Shown: piece by piece, positions 1-12,400 of the stretch
How the letters are laid out: each line of letters starts with the position of its first letter
Numbering within the stretch: the stretch's first letter is position 1
Origin: Giardia intestinalis
Taxonomy: Eukaryota
Direction: 5' to 3' (one strand)
Length of the DNA stretch: 64,000 nucleotides
NCBI GenBank assembly: GCA_000002435.2
Contig: CM018789.1
The notes under the pieces: generated by a model
The model's database searches: none
Told to the model about the DNA's origin: nothing
What the model saw: the letters and a program-made list of their open reading frames with translations, nothing else
Translations under genes and position numbers: made by a program

Positions 1-1266
1 GTTCCTCAGAGTGTGGGATTGGACACTACTGGGGATGTATGGAACGGGAGAGTTCGCTGCCAATGAACAGTACGGATAAACCAAGAAGTCATATGTACGG
101 GCCAGCTCAACCACTTGTGATGGAAGAGGTCCCACCAAGCATTGATTACCCAAAGCACTCTTTCTATCTCCACTGGATTGTCTAATTGTAGAACAGTTAG
201 AGACAAGTGTGGATTTATATTTATCAATTGTTTTGACATAGTCTGCAAGAATGGTCAGTAGTTTGGTAAAGGAGATTGTCTCTGCAAAGAAACCCTCCGA
301 GATTGCATATACCTTCTGGTGATTAGAGGCTCTCAACCAGCCCATTAGATAGGAGCTCACCAAGATCTCCTCAGCGTGCACTTGAAAAGTGTACTTTGTA
401 CAGAGGTGAGAGTAGGAGCTCTTGCAAGGGACGGTGCCATGGCTAGCAGTAATGCAGGAGGAGCCGTCAAATTGAGTGTGTCTTTTACGGTAGATGGTGG
501 TAGCAGGAGACCACGTGTGGACGCCCTTGGTGAAGTTAGCTTCCGAGTATATGACTATAAGCTCGCCGATCACAAAAGGCCACCAGTGCTCCATAGAGCT
601 GTACGTGCTAGCAACCCGCTCCAAGGAATACGTGTGGAAGGGCGGTCGGCAGAAGCGGTCTCCCAGCTTCATCTGATCAACGATCTTGATGGATATACCG
701 GGCGGGGTGGTTGTGTTGTCAACAACGAGGTATGCCCGTTTCCTGGATGAGAATATATCGTGATACAACAACTGTGAGGGCAGCGCACTACAAACCAAGT
801 CCCCGTGTGCCGGAGAGTACTCGTTGCAGGCAGTTCTTCGTAACCGAGCTTTTTCCGCGCGTGCTTTTTCAAGGTAGATAGAAACGCTACTATTTAGATG
901 CGGATGCTCTACTTCAGCTTTCAATGCAGTATGTGATGCGATAACAGGCTGGGCTGGACTCAGATCACACGTTCTAAGCTCGCCAACAATGTCATGCGGT
1001 AGAGCGAAGATCATAACTCCTCCAGAGCAGATTTCCGAGTATCCCGCTTCTAGTAGAGAATTAACACGCTCGGAAGTATACGTAGCACCCTCGGAGCCCA
1101 GGACTTCGCGCTTAGATTTCTTTGAGCTGCCCGTGTTCGCCTCCTTAGAAACACGCAGCATAGCCTCAAGAAGCTCTACCCTTTTCGTATGATCTATGCG
1201 ACTTGCACTATCAGGCCCCAAAATGCTGTGGAAGCAAGAAGCAACGGGGGCGAGCTCATAAGGCAT
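1..1266 (-). CDS. Hypothetical protein, 3'-truncated by the window start (at least 422 aa: MPYELAPVASCFHSILGPDS...VQSHTLRN, continuing beyond position 1)
   Basis: I read plus-strand triplets 1-3, 4-6 ... through 1302 and found no tta/cta/tca (minus-strand stop) until tca at 1303-1305. The ATG (plus 'cat') is at 1264-1266. A 1266-nt stop-free frame is very unlikely by chance. It is absent from the ORF track because no stop lies in the window. I recognised no family. Confidence 0.6.
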   Translation of the reverse strand, partial: MPYELAPVASCFHSILGPDSASRIDHTKRVELLEAMLRVSKEANTGSSKKSKREVLGSEGATYTSERVNSLLEAGYSEICSGGVMIFALPHDIVGELRTCDLSPAQPVIASHTALKAEVEHPHLNSSVSIYLEKARAEKARLRRTACNEYSPAHGDLVCSALPSQLLYHDIFSSRKRAYLVVDNTTTPPGISIKIVDQMKLGDRFCRPPFHTYSLERVASTYSSMEHWWPFVIGELIVIYSEANFTKGVHTWSPATTIYRKRHTQFDGSSCITASHGTVPCKSSYSHLCTKYTFQVHAEEILVSSYLMGWLRASNHQKVYAISEGFFAETISFTKLLTILADYVKTIDKYKSTLVSNCSTIRQSSGDRKSALGNQCLVGPLPSQVVELARTYDFLVYPYCSLAANSPVPYIPSSVQSHTLRN

Positions 1267-1336
1267 GCATTTTCGTTTAAGCTCATGTTCAGAGTGCTTG
1301 ATTCAACGGATTGGAAAGGACAGAGTCACCCAGGGA

Positions 1337-2368
1337 TCAGTTTATTACAACATTCCACAGCTTGATACATGCATCTTTACCCCATGTTAGAAGAAGGGTG
1401 GAGGATACCTTTCCGGGGTCATAGAGGGATGTGACGTGATGGAGATCCTGATCCATAAATAGCATGCCCATCACCTCGTCCGTGTGAGTATGGAAAGATC
1501 CGATAGCGGCAGAGCAAAGGACGTCCCACACACAGACCGACATGTCTTTGCCACAGCTATAGAGTAGTTTAGAACTGTCGCTCCAGAGAACGCACCGTAT
1601 CTTGTTGCCTTTGTGACCCACGAGCTGGCCAATAGGGGGCTGAGGGACTTCATTCCCTGGCTCCCCTGCCTGAAAGATGAGAATCTTTCCAGAGTGGTCA
1701 CAGGTAAATATATACCGGGAAACAGGGTGGAAATCTATCCAGCGAATAGGAGACCCATGGTTCGGGGCCTTCTTATCATTTCCTAAGCGAAACGCGAGTA
1801 CGGGAGGCGCATTGACTACCTGTCGAGGCTCTTCCAGATTGAAGACAGGTATTCCGAGACCCTCGTGAGTACCCAAATAGAGCTTCCCCCCGACATCGTC
1901 GTAGTAAATGTGCCGTATAAACTCCGATGCAACTGTGTAGCTACAGAGAACCTTGTTAGATACACAGTCATAGAATAGTAGCCGCCGGTCGAAGCCTGCA
2001 GTGATTATCATGTCGTGATGGGGCAAATAGAGAATGGACGAGCACTCGCGGGTGTGCCATTTGTTACTCGACCGGCGCCTGAGCTCCAGAGTAGGAGTTA
2101 ACTCGAAGATGTCCACCGTTCCAAGAAAGCAACCCACATATATTCTTCGACGTGTGTAGTCGTACTCCACTGTCTTTGCCTTGTTGGTGCATGTGGCCTT
2201 AGCAATAACTTCATAGAGTTTGCTAGAGGCATTCCAGATCATGACTGCTAGCAGCTTGTCATCTCCCACAGACATCAGGTACCCGTCCCTAGTCTTGATG
2301 ACCTGGTTGACCCCCTTGCGGTGGTGCATGAGGGTGCTCCGGAGAATAAATGTACACGTCTTAGGCAT
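1337..2368 (-). CDS. WD40-repeat protein (343 aa)
   Basis: Track ORF with an ATG confirmed at 2366-2368. Repeated ...GH.....VxWS/FHP....SCG.D..VCVWD WD-repeat signatures (e.g. GHKGNKIRCVLWSDSSKLLYSCGKDMSVCVWD). Confidence 0.7.
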   Translation of the reverse strand: MPKTCTFILRSTLMHHRKGVNQVIKTRDGYLMSVGDDKLLAVMIWNASSKLYEVIAKATCTNKAKTVEYDYTRRRIYVGCFLGTVDIFELTPTLELRRRSSNKWHTRECSSILYLPHHDMIITAGFDRRLLFYDCVSNKVLCSYTVASEFIRHIYYDDVGGKLYLGTHEGLGIPVFNLEEPRQVVNAPPVLAFRLGNDKKAPNHGSPIRWIDFHPVSRYIFTCDHSGKILIFQAGEPGNEVPQPPIGQLVGHKGNKIRCVLWSDSSKLLYSCGKDMSVCVWDVLCSAAIGSFHTHTDEVMGMLFMDQDLHHVTSLYDPGKVSSTLLLTWGKDACIKLWNVVIN

Positions 2369-2479
2369 TTTATTCTCAGCTTATGCAAATGGTTATGCAG
2401 ATGGGCCAAGACGTCACTGCCTCTCGAGTGTTGCTATTTATGAAATTCAATTCAAAAAAAGCAAAATTTGACTGCCCGT

Positions 2480-5062
2480 ATGATTCAGCCCGAGGCATTG
2501 CACCAGCTGATCTATGATCATGTGTATGTGAAGTATGGGCACCAGCTGGCTTTTACGATCAGAGCATTGCTTAATGCAAAGGAGCGATGCATGAGCAAAC
2601 TTGTAGCCTCAGAGTCTGAGCCTTCTGCTCTGGAGCTCCTTGTAACATATGGTTTTACAGAAGGAGATAGCGTGCACATTAAGACATTCACACAGTGTAA
2701 CGATGCTCTTCTGGTGACAGGTTCTTCTATAGAGCCGACGGTCGATGTGCTACAAACCCACCAGGACCCGCCATTGCCCCAGGAAATTAATATCACACAA
2801 AACATCATGGGAGATCAAGCTATCAGCATGGTCGTGGAAGGCAAGAAACAACTGCGCGACACGTGTATGACGTGTGATGCTGGAGATTTTGACCGGTGCT
2901 TATCTAGTAGCAAGCACCATCCGTCTGCAGACGTGGCTGTCTCCTCCACTGCAAAAGTCGTCCCTTCTGTGAATGCAACAGAGCTAGTCCTGATGTCAGA
3001 CACTGCACAGGCACAATCACCCACAGAAGAGTTTTACCCTATCCCGGCCACTACCATCCCATGTGAGTTCAAGCCACTTAACGCTGTATACCTTGCGTAC
3101 CATGACATTGTCGCGACGGAAAACGTACTGCAGAACGGGAAGCTCGGTCCTACGCCATTCTCCTACTTCTATGACCGCACGCTGAAGGTAGATAGCAACT
3201 GCGAAAGAGTGGGGTACACTATGTACCCCGCGTGTAGCGACTACTGGGTAAAGCATAGACACTCTGGAAATGATGCCCTGGGAAACGAGAGCACAGACGA
3301 ATACAGTCAACCAGACGATCCCGGACGAATTGTGTACACGTATGATTATGACAACGACAACATCCTTAATTCCACTTTTGAGATTGAGCTACATTCCTTT
3401 GCCCAGGTCATGCAGGAAATGGGTTCCAATCCCCTGGGAACCGATGACCTTCTTCCAGTCGAGAAACCCGCCGTTGCTCTTGGCGATCAGTACACCACTG
3501 TCACCCCAACCTCTCCACAGGCACATGGTGACAACACGATAGCCGAGGTGGAGTTTACTGCTGATGATGAGGGTGCCATGGATAACAGCACAGATGAGCA
3601 GGCTCCAGGGTACGTCCCTGTCGGAGATAACATGGATCCAGGCCTGATTGACCAACAGGTACTCCATAATGCCGAAGCCCCGGGGTTAAACAGAGAGAAG
3701 GCTCCCGAACACATGCCCGAGGCCGCATTTAAATCTCATATAGCAAAGAAGATAGAGGAAACTGAGCGGGCCGTAACGCCTTATGTGGTCCGCAAGCAAT
3801 CTGCGATACGCCATCGTGATAAGGATAGACAGTACATAGTTACCGGGGACACCATGCGGGCAGATGTGCTCCAACAGATCTACAAGGGAGAGACAAGAAA
3901 CTCAAAGTTACTGGATCTTGTAGGGTTTTATAATATTCCTCTATATTATGGTTTGTATAGCGAGTTCAAGGGTCTCCATGAAATGCGCTTTAAGAAGGGC
4001 GCCGTGCTGGCTGGGAGGTACGAGATTTATAAGACAATCTTCGAGGATTCGGCCTTCAGTGTGACTCTGAAGGCTCGGGACTTAAAGGAAGGAAAAGATG
4101 TCTGCTTAAAGGTCGTAAATAATGAGAAGGACACACTGGACCAGTGTCTCAATGAGATTCGCTTGCTCACATATATTAATAAGCATGATCCAACAGGGAA
4201 ACATTTTGTGCGCATGACTGATTACTTCTACTACGGCCATCGTCTCATAATTATATTTGAGCTCCTAACCAGTAACCTCTTCTCGTACTACTCTGCGCGC
4301 GAGGCTGCCCTACCACGTACGCTCCTTAATCCGCTTGCAACAATCTTCACTATGCCGAGGCTTCAGCATATTGCCCGCCAGATTCTGGAGAGTTTGGACT
4401 TCCTTCATAGGCTCAACATCCTGCACCTTGATCTCAAACATGAAAACTTACTTCTGGTCAACGAAGACGACGACTCCTTCGATATTAGGCTTGTCGATAT
4501 AGGGTCTTCGGCCTTCTTGTATGACGAGTGTAGTACATATGTTCAATCCAGGTCCTACCGCTGTCCTGAGGTCATCCTCGGCTTGCCATATGACGGCCGT
4601 GCAGACGTGTGGTCGCTCGGTCCCATCCTCACTGAGCTCATCACTGGGAAGGTCATGTTCCCGATACCCCAAAAGGCAGATGAGGATCACAAGCCCTATG
4701 CCTCTATGCTGGCCAAGCTGATTGGCATCATAGGTCCTATCCCACGTGATATGATTTTAGCTGGGCGTGAATCACATAAGCTCTTCACGAAGGATCTGTT
4801 CCTCTTTGAAACGCGTGAGGCTATTCTTGGAAACAGGGACAAGGCTGAGGGTCTTAGACATGCAGAAATAAAGGGAGAAGACTACGTTTATGTGTTACCG
4901 AAAAAGACGACCATTAAGGCTATGCTCGGCTGGGATTCCCATCCAGAGTACTGCGACGACTTGTTCTTAGACTTTATCGAGACGATAATGAGGATTGATC
5001 CTCGAAAGAGACCCACTGCTGCGGAAGCGCTAGAACATCCGTGGCTCAAGCATGTGTACTAG
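2480..5062 (+). CDS. DYRK-family dual-specificity protein kinase with a long low-complexity N-terminal extension
   Basis: The track ORF 2468 starts on TTG; the first in-frame ATG is at 2480. The C-terminal kinase domain has VCLKVV (VAIK-like), HLDLKHENLL (catalytic loop), DIGSS (DFG-equivalent) and the DYRK-type activation loop STYVQSRSYRCPEVILGLPY. Confidence 0.8.
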   Translation: MIQPEALHQLIYDHVYVKYGHQLAFTIRALLNAKERCMSKLVASESEPSALELLVTYGFTEGDSVHIKTFTQCNDALLVTGSSIEPTVDVLQTHQDPPLPQEINITQNIMGDQAISMVVEGKKQLRDTCMTCDAGDFDRCLSSSKHHPSADVAVSSTAKVVPSVNATELVLMSDTAQAQSPTEEFYPIPATTIPCEFKPLNAVYLAYHDIVATENVLQNGKLGPTPFSYFYDRTLKVDSNCERVGYTMYPACSDYWVKHRHSGNDALGNESTDEYSQPDDPGRIVYTYDYDNDNILNSTFEIELHSFAQVMQEMGSNPLGTDDLLPVEKPAVALGDQYTTVTPTSPQAHGDNTIAEVEFTADDEGAMDNSTDEQAPGYVPVGDNMDPGLIDQQVLHNAEAPGLNREKAPEHMPEAAFKSHIAKKIEETERAVTPYVVRKQSAIRHRDKDRQYIVTGDTMRADVLQQIYKGETRNSKLLDLVGFYNIPLYYGLYSEFKGLHEMRFKKGAVLAGRYEIYKTIFEDSAFSVTLKARDLKEGKDVCLKVVNNEKDTLDQCLNEIRLLTYINKHDPTGKHFVRMTDYFYYGHRLIIIFELLTSNLFSYYSAREAALPRTLLNPLATIFTMPRLQHIARQILESLDFLHRLNILHLDLKHENLLLVNEDDDSFDIRLVDIGSSAFLYDECSTYVQSRSYRCPEVILGLPYDGRADVWSLGPILTELITGKVMFPIPQKADEDHKPYASMLAKLIGIIGPIPRDMILAGRESHKLFTKDLFLFETREAILGNRDKAEGLRHAEIKGEDYVYVLPKKTTIKAMLGWDSHPEYCDDLFLDFIETIMRIDPRKRPTAAEALEHPWLKHVY

Positions 5063-5145
5063 TCTATTTGCTGGGGTAGTAAACGTACGGTAGATTATTC
5101 ACGGTCACCTTCCTTCCTCTCTTCCCTCAGCCCAAGCAAAAATTG

Positions 5146-6054
5146 ATGCCCCTCCTCAAAGAGATCCTACGTGATGTCTCCGGTGAGCTGGCCGGAAATC
5201 CGGATGAGTGTAAAGCACTCGTTTTCAACCTGCTTACAGAGAGCTCTGCGAACCCCGATGCGCTGCAGGAGGAACTGCTTTGCTTACTTGGATACAGCAA
5301 CATAGATGTGATAGGTAGTTTATTAACAAACAGGCATCAGATATTGAGGGAGGAGCTCAACCTTACAGAAAAAGAGTATCTAGATGCACTGACTGCAGAT
5401 GTGGATGGCTCTGATGATGCATATGCGAACATGTCCGACGCGGAGCGGCTTGTCCTCTTCATTATGGAGAACACTGGACTTACAGAACACATTTCCACCC
5501 ATCTTCTACAGCTGCATGATTGGGATCCCTTGGTGGCTCTAGATGACTACACTGCCAGGACTGTAGACCAAAGTGATTGGAGCGAGCAAAGCGTGGAGCA
5601 CTCTGATACCTCTACAGAAACCTCAGCAGACCTCCAAGACAATTGGGTAATAGCTAACAAATCTTTTCAGCCATATGATAGAAAGTTTTGTGCCCCATAC
5701 TCCTTTGCAGAGCCTGATAAGCGACTATATGCTCTTAGCCCAGTTATTACGACAAAGGTCGTTGGCAAAAAAGAGTCTGATCTCCATTATATGCGAGTCT
5801 CGGAGGCAGAAGAGCACGTTAGGCGCACCATAAATCAACTGATAGACAAACTGGCTAAGCGGTCTGATAAGGATCGCTGCATTTACTATTACCACATAAT
5901 CACTGGCAGAGGCCTGCACTCTTCATCTGGCCCGGCCATAAAGAATGCAATCACTACTATGCTTTCTCAAAACGGAATACGTTACCGCATCAACAATACC
6001 AACGGGGGAGGGAGCATCAACGCCACGATAACAGGGTCCACACATTATCTTTGA
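5146..6054 (+). CDS. Smr (small MutS-related) domain-containing protein
   Basis: The track ORF starts on TTG at 5143; the ATG is at 5146. C-terminal YYYHIITGRGLHSSSGPAIKNAITTML matches the Smr signature (hhTGkG.HS...lk.aV..wL). Confidence 0.55.
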   Translation: MPLLKEILRDVSGELAGNPDECKALVFNLLTESSANPDALQEELLCLLGYSNIDVIGSLLTNRHQILREELNLTEKEYLDALTADVDGSDDAYANMSDAERLVLFIMENTGLTEHISTHLLQLHDWDPLVALDDYTARTVDQSDWSEQSVEHSDTSTETSADLQDNWVIANKSFQPYDRKFCAPYSFAEPDKRLYALSPVITTKVVGKKESDLHYMRVSEAEEHVRRTINQLIDKLAKRSDKDRCIYYYHIITGRGLHSSSGPAIKNAITTMLSQNGIRYRINNTNGGGSINATITGSTHYL

Positions 6055-6103
6055 ACTAAACCGGAATTCACTTCGTCAAAACTTCATTGAATATAGAGCG
6101 AAC

Positions 6104-6361
6104 TCACTTTCTAGATGGATCCACCGTTATCTGCGGCTTGATAAGGGGGTTTATTTGTATTGCATATGTGCAGAACCACATGAGCCAAAAGCATAGCGTC
6201 GTGCCGCATGCGGTTACGATAACGGTCGATTTGTGGCCCTTCTTAGCTGAGAAGCTAAGAAGCACTGCAATTGCTCCAAGAGCAAAAAATATTCCTGTTG
6301 TAACACCCAGCTCTGTCCACTGTATCTTCACGCTATGCGGTACTCGGTTGTCACTCGCCAT
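6104..6361 (-). CDS. V-type H+-ATPase V0 subunit e (about 85 aa, two TM helices)
   Basis: The track ORF 6104-6418 starts on TTG; the only in-frame ATG is at 6359-6361 (MASDNRV...). Two hydrophobic helices and the motif TTLCFWLMWFCTYAIQINPLIKPQI resemble V0 subunit e ([25 protein letters not shown]). The upstream sequence is A/T-rich (aaaaaattaag). Confidence 0.55.
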   Translation of the reverse strand: MASDNRVPHSVKIQWTELGVTTGIFFALGAIAVLLSFSAKKGHKSTVIVTACGTTLCFWLMWFCTYAIQINPLIKPQITVDPSRK

Positions 6362-6451
6362 GCAGACCTGCTCCTTCTTAATTTTTTGAAAATTCGTCAA
6401 ACCAAACGTAGCTATCAAAATTGCCTGGTTGTAATTCTGAGGAAGGGTCGG

Positions 6452-9400
6452 CTATTTATATATGAGCTTTGCGATGTAACCCACCTTGACCACCTCCTTG
6501 TTTAATTGCCACATAAGGATCTGGCGCAAGGTCAGTAGAATGATAACTTCAGCGACGACAATCCAAAGCGAAATCACAGTCACCTGCTGAGAAAATCCAC
6601 TATTATAATCCGTTAACAGAAGAAGGAAGTTTTGTAGCTTCCCTAGTGCACCTCCCAGCGAGGATAACCACGTTATATAATCATGATAGAATGAAGTGGA
6701 CGCTTTGACGTGGTTGCCAATCTTATAGGTGCAGTCTATGAACTGAGTAAAGGTTGGTCCGGACTCCATGATGCTGCCATAGATCCTTTCTTTAGTCTCT
6801 GTTTGTTCTACTTTCTTGGACACCACATTGATCAGCATGGAGAGGGCATTGATATCGTGTACGAGCATGTCTTTTGTTAGCTCTCCGTACTGTCCCTGAG
6901 AGAGTACAACTATATGTTTGAAAGAGCTTCCTATGGCTCTCCGGAAATAGTAGAGAAACTGTGCCATCATGGAATAAAGTTGAAGATCAATCTCGGCGGC
7001 AGAAAGACGGATAATAGAGTAGGCCATTATAAAAACTATCGTAAAGATTACGAGCGAAAATATCGACGCATATACTATGAGAGTCGACGTACTGTACTGG
7101 AATATCAGAGGCTTGGTGCTGAAGATATTGCAAAGTTTTTTCAACGAGGCCACGAAGTTCTGTGAGACATTCTTTAGTTTTTGTGCTTGCAAATGGCACC
7201 TAAAAGGTGATTGCGAGCGTGCTTTATTTATTTCAAAAACGGCTCTCATGTCCACTGGATCTTTTTCTTCAGTTTCTCTGTTTGGTGCTATCTGATTTCC
7301 ACCGGGTGTCTCAAACCAACCCTGTTGCTGCTCACTCTTCAAGTTCTCTACATTTTCCACAGTTTCCACACACTCGTGGCATCTATACAATGGTATGGCA
7401 TGCTTGCACTTATACATGTGCTTTGTATTTGCATGCAGGAAGCCCGTTGGAAGAAACTGTACCGCGTTAGGAAGATGCTTTAGATATGCTTTGCTACACT
7501 GCAAATGCTTTATTGCGTGATAGGAGCAGGACGTGCCCTTGTCATTGAGGTATACCACCTCGGATATGAGACCATCTAGGCAGCTCGCGCAAAGATGCTT
7601 TGGAAATAGCATGCGTACAAATGCAGGGTATATCTTTATCTCATTACAATGCTTGTATAGATATTTTTGCAGGATCTTCTTTGAGTTTGTGTGCAGAGAC
7701 AGTTCAGGTCCAGTGCGGCAGTAGTCCACCGCAATTTCCATGTCGCCTGCGTCGGGGTATACCAGAACAGCAGTAAAATCCGGCCGTTCTGTGATGAGCT
7801 TTTCAGGATTATAGGATATTCGCTGCTGGATCTCGCTCCGTACCAATTCTCTCATTTCCGTGGTTAGCTTAATATACTGGTAGAGGTCAGCATCTGGAAT
7901 TTCCGTGATGCTTACTACTCTGTACACATTATTACTTTTAGATAGAATTACAATAAAGGCGGGCTTGAGGTATCGCTTGCCTTCAATGATGAGGTCTGGT
8001 GTCCCCAGAGTATCGTAATAAATAAGCGATCCAGATTGCATAAAGAAAGCAATGAGCAAGAGCACAATGATAGCCATGGTATACGCTATTATCCGCACAT
8101 ATGGAGGCGTCAAGCGCATCTTTTTCTCTACCATTTGGGCTAGACTAGCAAGGGACGCATTAGTGACTATTACCTTCTTGCCATGTGTGCGTATAAAGTA
8201 TAGTTCCTCGTGCTCCTTGTTGACGCTAATCCTATCAGCAACGTTCATTACAGCGCCTTTGATCATGGCTGAATAAATATCGAAAGTGTTGGATAGACTA
8301 CTATATGTGTAGACAAGAGCTAATTTCACGTCATCGAGCCTGTGCACGTGAAGCCCCAGCGCCATTTCATTGAGTCGTAAATCCGCTTCCGGTAGATACA
8401 GCAACGAGCTTTCGGTAGATGGAAGCATACTTGAAGCAACTGAGGATCTGAGCAAGCTGTTTATAACGTGATAGTAGTATTCATAAATCATGCTACAAAG
8501 AGTTAGACTGTGTGAGCTATTGTAATGAACCAGTTCAAGAAGCTTCTCGACATGGGTGGGATTGCCTTGAGCAGAGGAAGCGATAGTGTGCAGAAGAGCT
8601 TGAACACCCTCATCTGCTATGATATTTGTGTAGACGCCGGTGTGTGGCATTATTTTGATGTCTTCAGTAGCAAATAAGGGCATGCTCAGATTCAAGTTGA
8701 GGAGGACGGAATGAAACTCAACAAATCTAGTTCTAGTTTGTGATCTGTTCGACATTGTCAGGTTGAGGAGCGTCAAAGTATTGATGTCGCCCAACAAGTT
8801 TTGATATAACTGCATTGTATCCATAAACATGACTATATCGGGTTCAGCCCGTGTGTACGTGAGATTCTTCAACGATCGGATATCTATGATAAGGAAGGCA
8901 AGGACAACAAACTCCAAGATCCAACGGAGCACGCTAATCGATCCAAAGATGTACTGGGGAAGTGTGAAGCTGTGAAAAACACGTCTTAGGAGCAATAATG
9001 TAAGAAAAATGTCACAACATATCATCGAGGACAGCATCACACACAGAACCGTCACCGTCAACAGCCTATCAGCCTTGATGATTGTTACTTGAGACGCCTT
9101 TTCATAGGTTAGTTTGTTTATTGCAGCGTAATGATCAAAGATCGGGGTGAGATACTCTAGCGCAGACATGTATTGAAATATGGTTTGCTTATTAATTTTG
9201 TCAAATTTTTTTGGACAATCTGTGTATATGAACCCTAGCGCCGTATTGGATTGAACTGTTTTTTGACAAAAAATATTAGCCATGGCGATTCTCATTTGTA
9301 TGGCCTCTGCAATCACTTTGTACGCATAACTATTGGGCGGCTGCAGTGAGTCGAAGACAGCTGCGCATGAACTAAATTCGGGATTGAAGGACAAGTAAGA

Positions 9401-12400
9401 TGACATGTTGTTATTTCCAAAATAATCAGTAATGGCATCAGACACCAATGTCTTATGCCATTGATCTTCCGGGGGCTTATTTGTGAACTTTATCGCTAGG
9501 GACTCTGCGATGTAGTCCTTTCCGTATAGAGTGAACAACTCACCAAAAGCCTGATCAAAGTAATGCTCCGTTGTTGCTCGCTGGATAAGATCGTTATAAA
9601 AGCCACCATCTGGGCACATAAAAGCTAATGTATACCCCATGGAACGCAATTCGCTATTCAAAAGCTCCATGTTATACTCTGCAAGTTTCAAGATAATGCT
9701 AGAGGACTCTGGATACAGGGTCATCATCGCTTCTATTTGAAACTGTATCCCAGTGTTAAGTTCTGCCCAATCTGAAACTGTAGTGGGGGTACCAAAGAAG
9801 GAATAACTCATAGCTTTGGATGATCTTTGTAGCAATAAAGCGTAGACATTTGCTAGGTCATATGAATATGAGTTCTGCCTCAACTTATCGTTATAGTATG
9901 CACGTTGGTTGATGTAGCGCATGTCATCCAGAAAAGCTAGCGAGATCCAGAAAATGAAGAACAGAATTCCAATCAGAAAGCGCCAGCCCCACTGCTGCTT
10001 CCAAACGACAGTTTTACACCTAGAGCAGTTTGCTACATCCTGGGTCTGCTCGTTGAAATCACGCCATTCGTTTTGTAGACAAGCCGAGATGTCTTCTGAA
10101 AACGCCCCTAACTTGAAGCTGACGGTATCTGTCATAGCATCATCAATATTGAGGTTAACTCGCTGAGAAAGCGGCTCACTTTCGACAGACAAAATGCTCT
10201 GACTAGTTTGAGAACAACATGGTGAGAGATTAGAAAGTTGTGTGGCCGCGCTGGTTGCGGGCGGGATCAGCTCGGATTGTATTTGCATTCTTGCATAATC
10301 GTTACTAACATTGGAAGAGGAGTGGCTGATGTTAGTTCCATTTAGAAGCTGCTTCATAGTGAAGAGCATGGTTGCGTGGTTGGCCAGGACGTTGTTCTTC
10401 TTGTATACTGGGTTAGTGTCCAGGTCATAGAGCCCGCCTATACCGTAATTGTCAATCACATCCATTAAATAATTAGATAAGATGCATCGAAGGCTGTTAT
10501 TTTTCCTAAAAAGCCAGTAAAGCAATCTTGTTGTGTACACACACGCAAATAATACGCACACAATCTGTGCTAAAAGAGGAATAACTACTAATGACGGGTT
10601 AAAGCCGATTACCTGCTCTTCCATGCTATGCAAGGAGAGTGTGAGGTAGTCGTCAACATCTCTGCTTGTCAAGGGCGTTTGGTAAAATGTAAAGGTGTTG
10701 ATACCTGGGAAGAATGACAGCAAGATATCCCCTATCTTCTGTTCATAAGTTAGCTTATTAGTGATCGACGATGGCACGGTGTCTTGGTCAAGCAAACTAC
10801 TATAGTACATATATTGCAGCTTGTTTAAGAGGAAGGATTGCTGTGCTTGCTCCAGGGTGTCCTTGTAGAGGCCCTTATCAGAGACAGATTGAAAGTGCAT
10901 TTCTGTTTGATAACAATTAAGCTCATTGACAAATTTGGCAAAAATGCTTTTTCCATCTGAGTCAGTGATTGTATTAAGGAGGGAGTAGGTATTCTGTTCT
11001 GTGTCCTGATAGTAGGTGATGTTCAGTTTCTTGTAGAGTCCGCTGAGGGCATAGATGATGCCGCTACCAAAATTTATTAAAATATCTGAAATGGGTGACC
11101 AAGACACAAAAACTGGCATATCTAAATGGAAAAATTGACGGAAGTACTGCCTGCTATCTAGTCTTTTTTCCATATCTTCTTGCGTTGTATCTACATATGA
11201 CTCCAATAGAGAGTAATCAACTATATTGATCAAAAACGTATTTTCCAACGTACGTGGCTGCATGCTATAAGCTATTTCACTAAATGGGTGTGCAGCAAAC
11301 GTCAAGTACCTACCTTCTGGATCGTATCGAAGGGACGGGCATGATAATAGGAGTATAGGGTCTGAAATATAGGCTTTCGGGGTGAGATTCATGTCACGTA
11401 CACCGCTGTATACGTTAGCAAACTCTGGGGACACGTTGTAGGCTGGGCATGCGGCAAGCGAAAGGTCAATGATGTGCTCCAATTCGTGGGAGACTGGAAT
11501 GTACAGCTGAAACAACACCGCAAATACTATTGTTAGGGTGGAAAGAATATGCGAGAGATAAAGCTTCATGAAGAGAAGCAGCTTAACATATGCATTTTTG
11601 ATGGTGACCAAACTAGAGTGTGTGAGCCCGTCCAGAATCAAGTTAGGTTGCCCAGCACCTGTGGAAAACTCAGTAAATGGACTAGGCGAAGAAGGCGTTG
11701 CCGCTGTCGTATTCAAGAGCGTCATCATCAACTTGGCTATATATTTCTGGTACTGATCTCCAATGATACTGAGTAGATAATCTCGGTTATAGAACCGTGT
11801 GTCTAACTTCTTAAACGCGTAAGAGACAGAGTTATTCTCAGGTTGGAACCAGATGTTATCGAACTGTGCGTTCTGTTTAGTGTCATGTTTCAGAACTGAA
11901 AACAATGCCTCCATGACAGGGTCGTCCGCTGAGACAGGGAGAACGTAATTGGGGAGAGCAGAGACAGAGGAGTATAGACCACGATAGTAGGACAGGGCCA
12001 TTAGCTGCCCCATAAGGTTAAGAATTGGCACATATCTACTGAGTTGTTTAACAAGTGCCAGGTACCACGTAAAGAAAAAGAGGATAAGCAGGATCACCAC
12101 CAGTGCAAAGACGGCAATAAAATGGCCTAGCTCTGCGTACTCTTGCCGCATTCGCTGAATCAGATTGAACTCTACCTCGCGGTCAATCCCCTTAAAGACC
12201 CCAATAGGCTTCACGTCATTATTGCGTGTTTTACCTGTGTGTGTCTCTGCAAGTGCATCATCTTCCACATCCCCCGGGGCACTGGGAAGCAGCTGGGGTG
12301 TGAGAGCAGGTGGTCCTCTGATAAAGCGGATGGGGAAGTAGCAGGGGTAGATCCTTGATGAGACGTCGTTGATTGCCTGATATATGGTGCACAGCGCTGT

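Noticed and set aside
376-1192. Track ORFs 376-750 (+), 669-872 (-), 989-1192 (+) at the left edge
   Set aside because: They overlap the long stop-free minus-strand frame 1-1302, which is a far better gene candidate. These short frames are byproducts.
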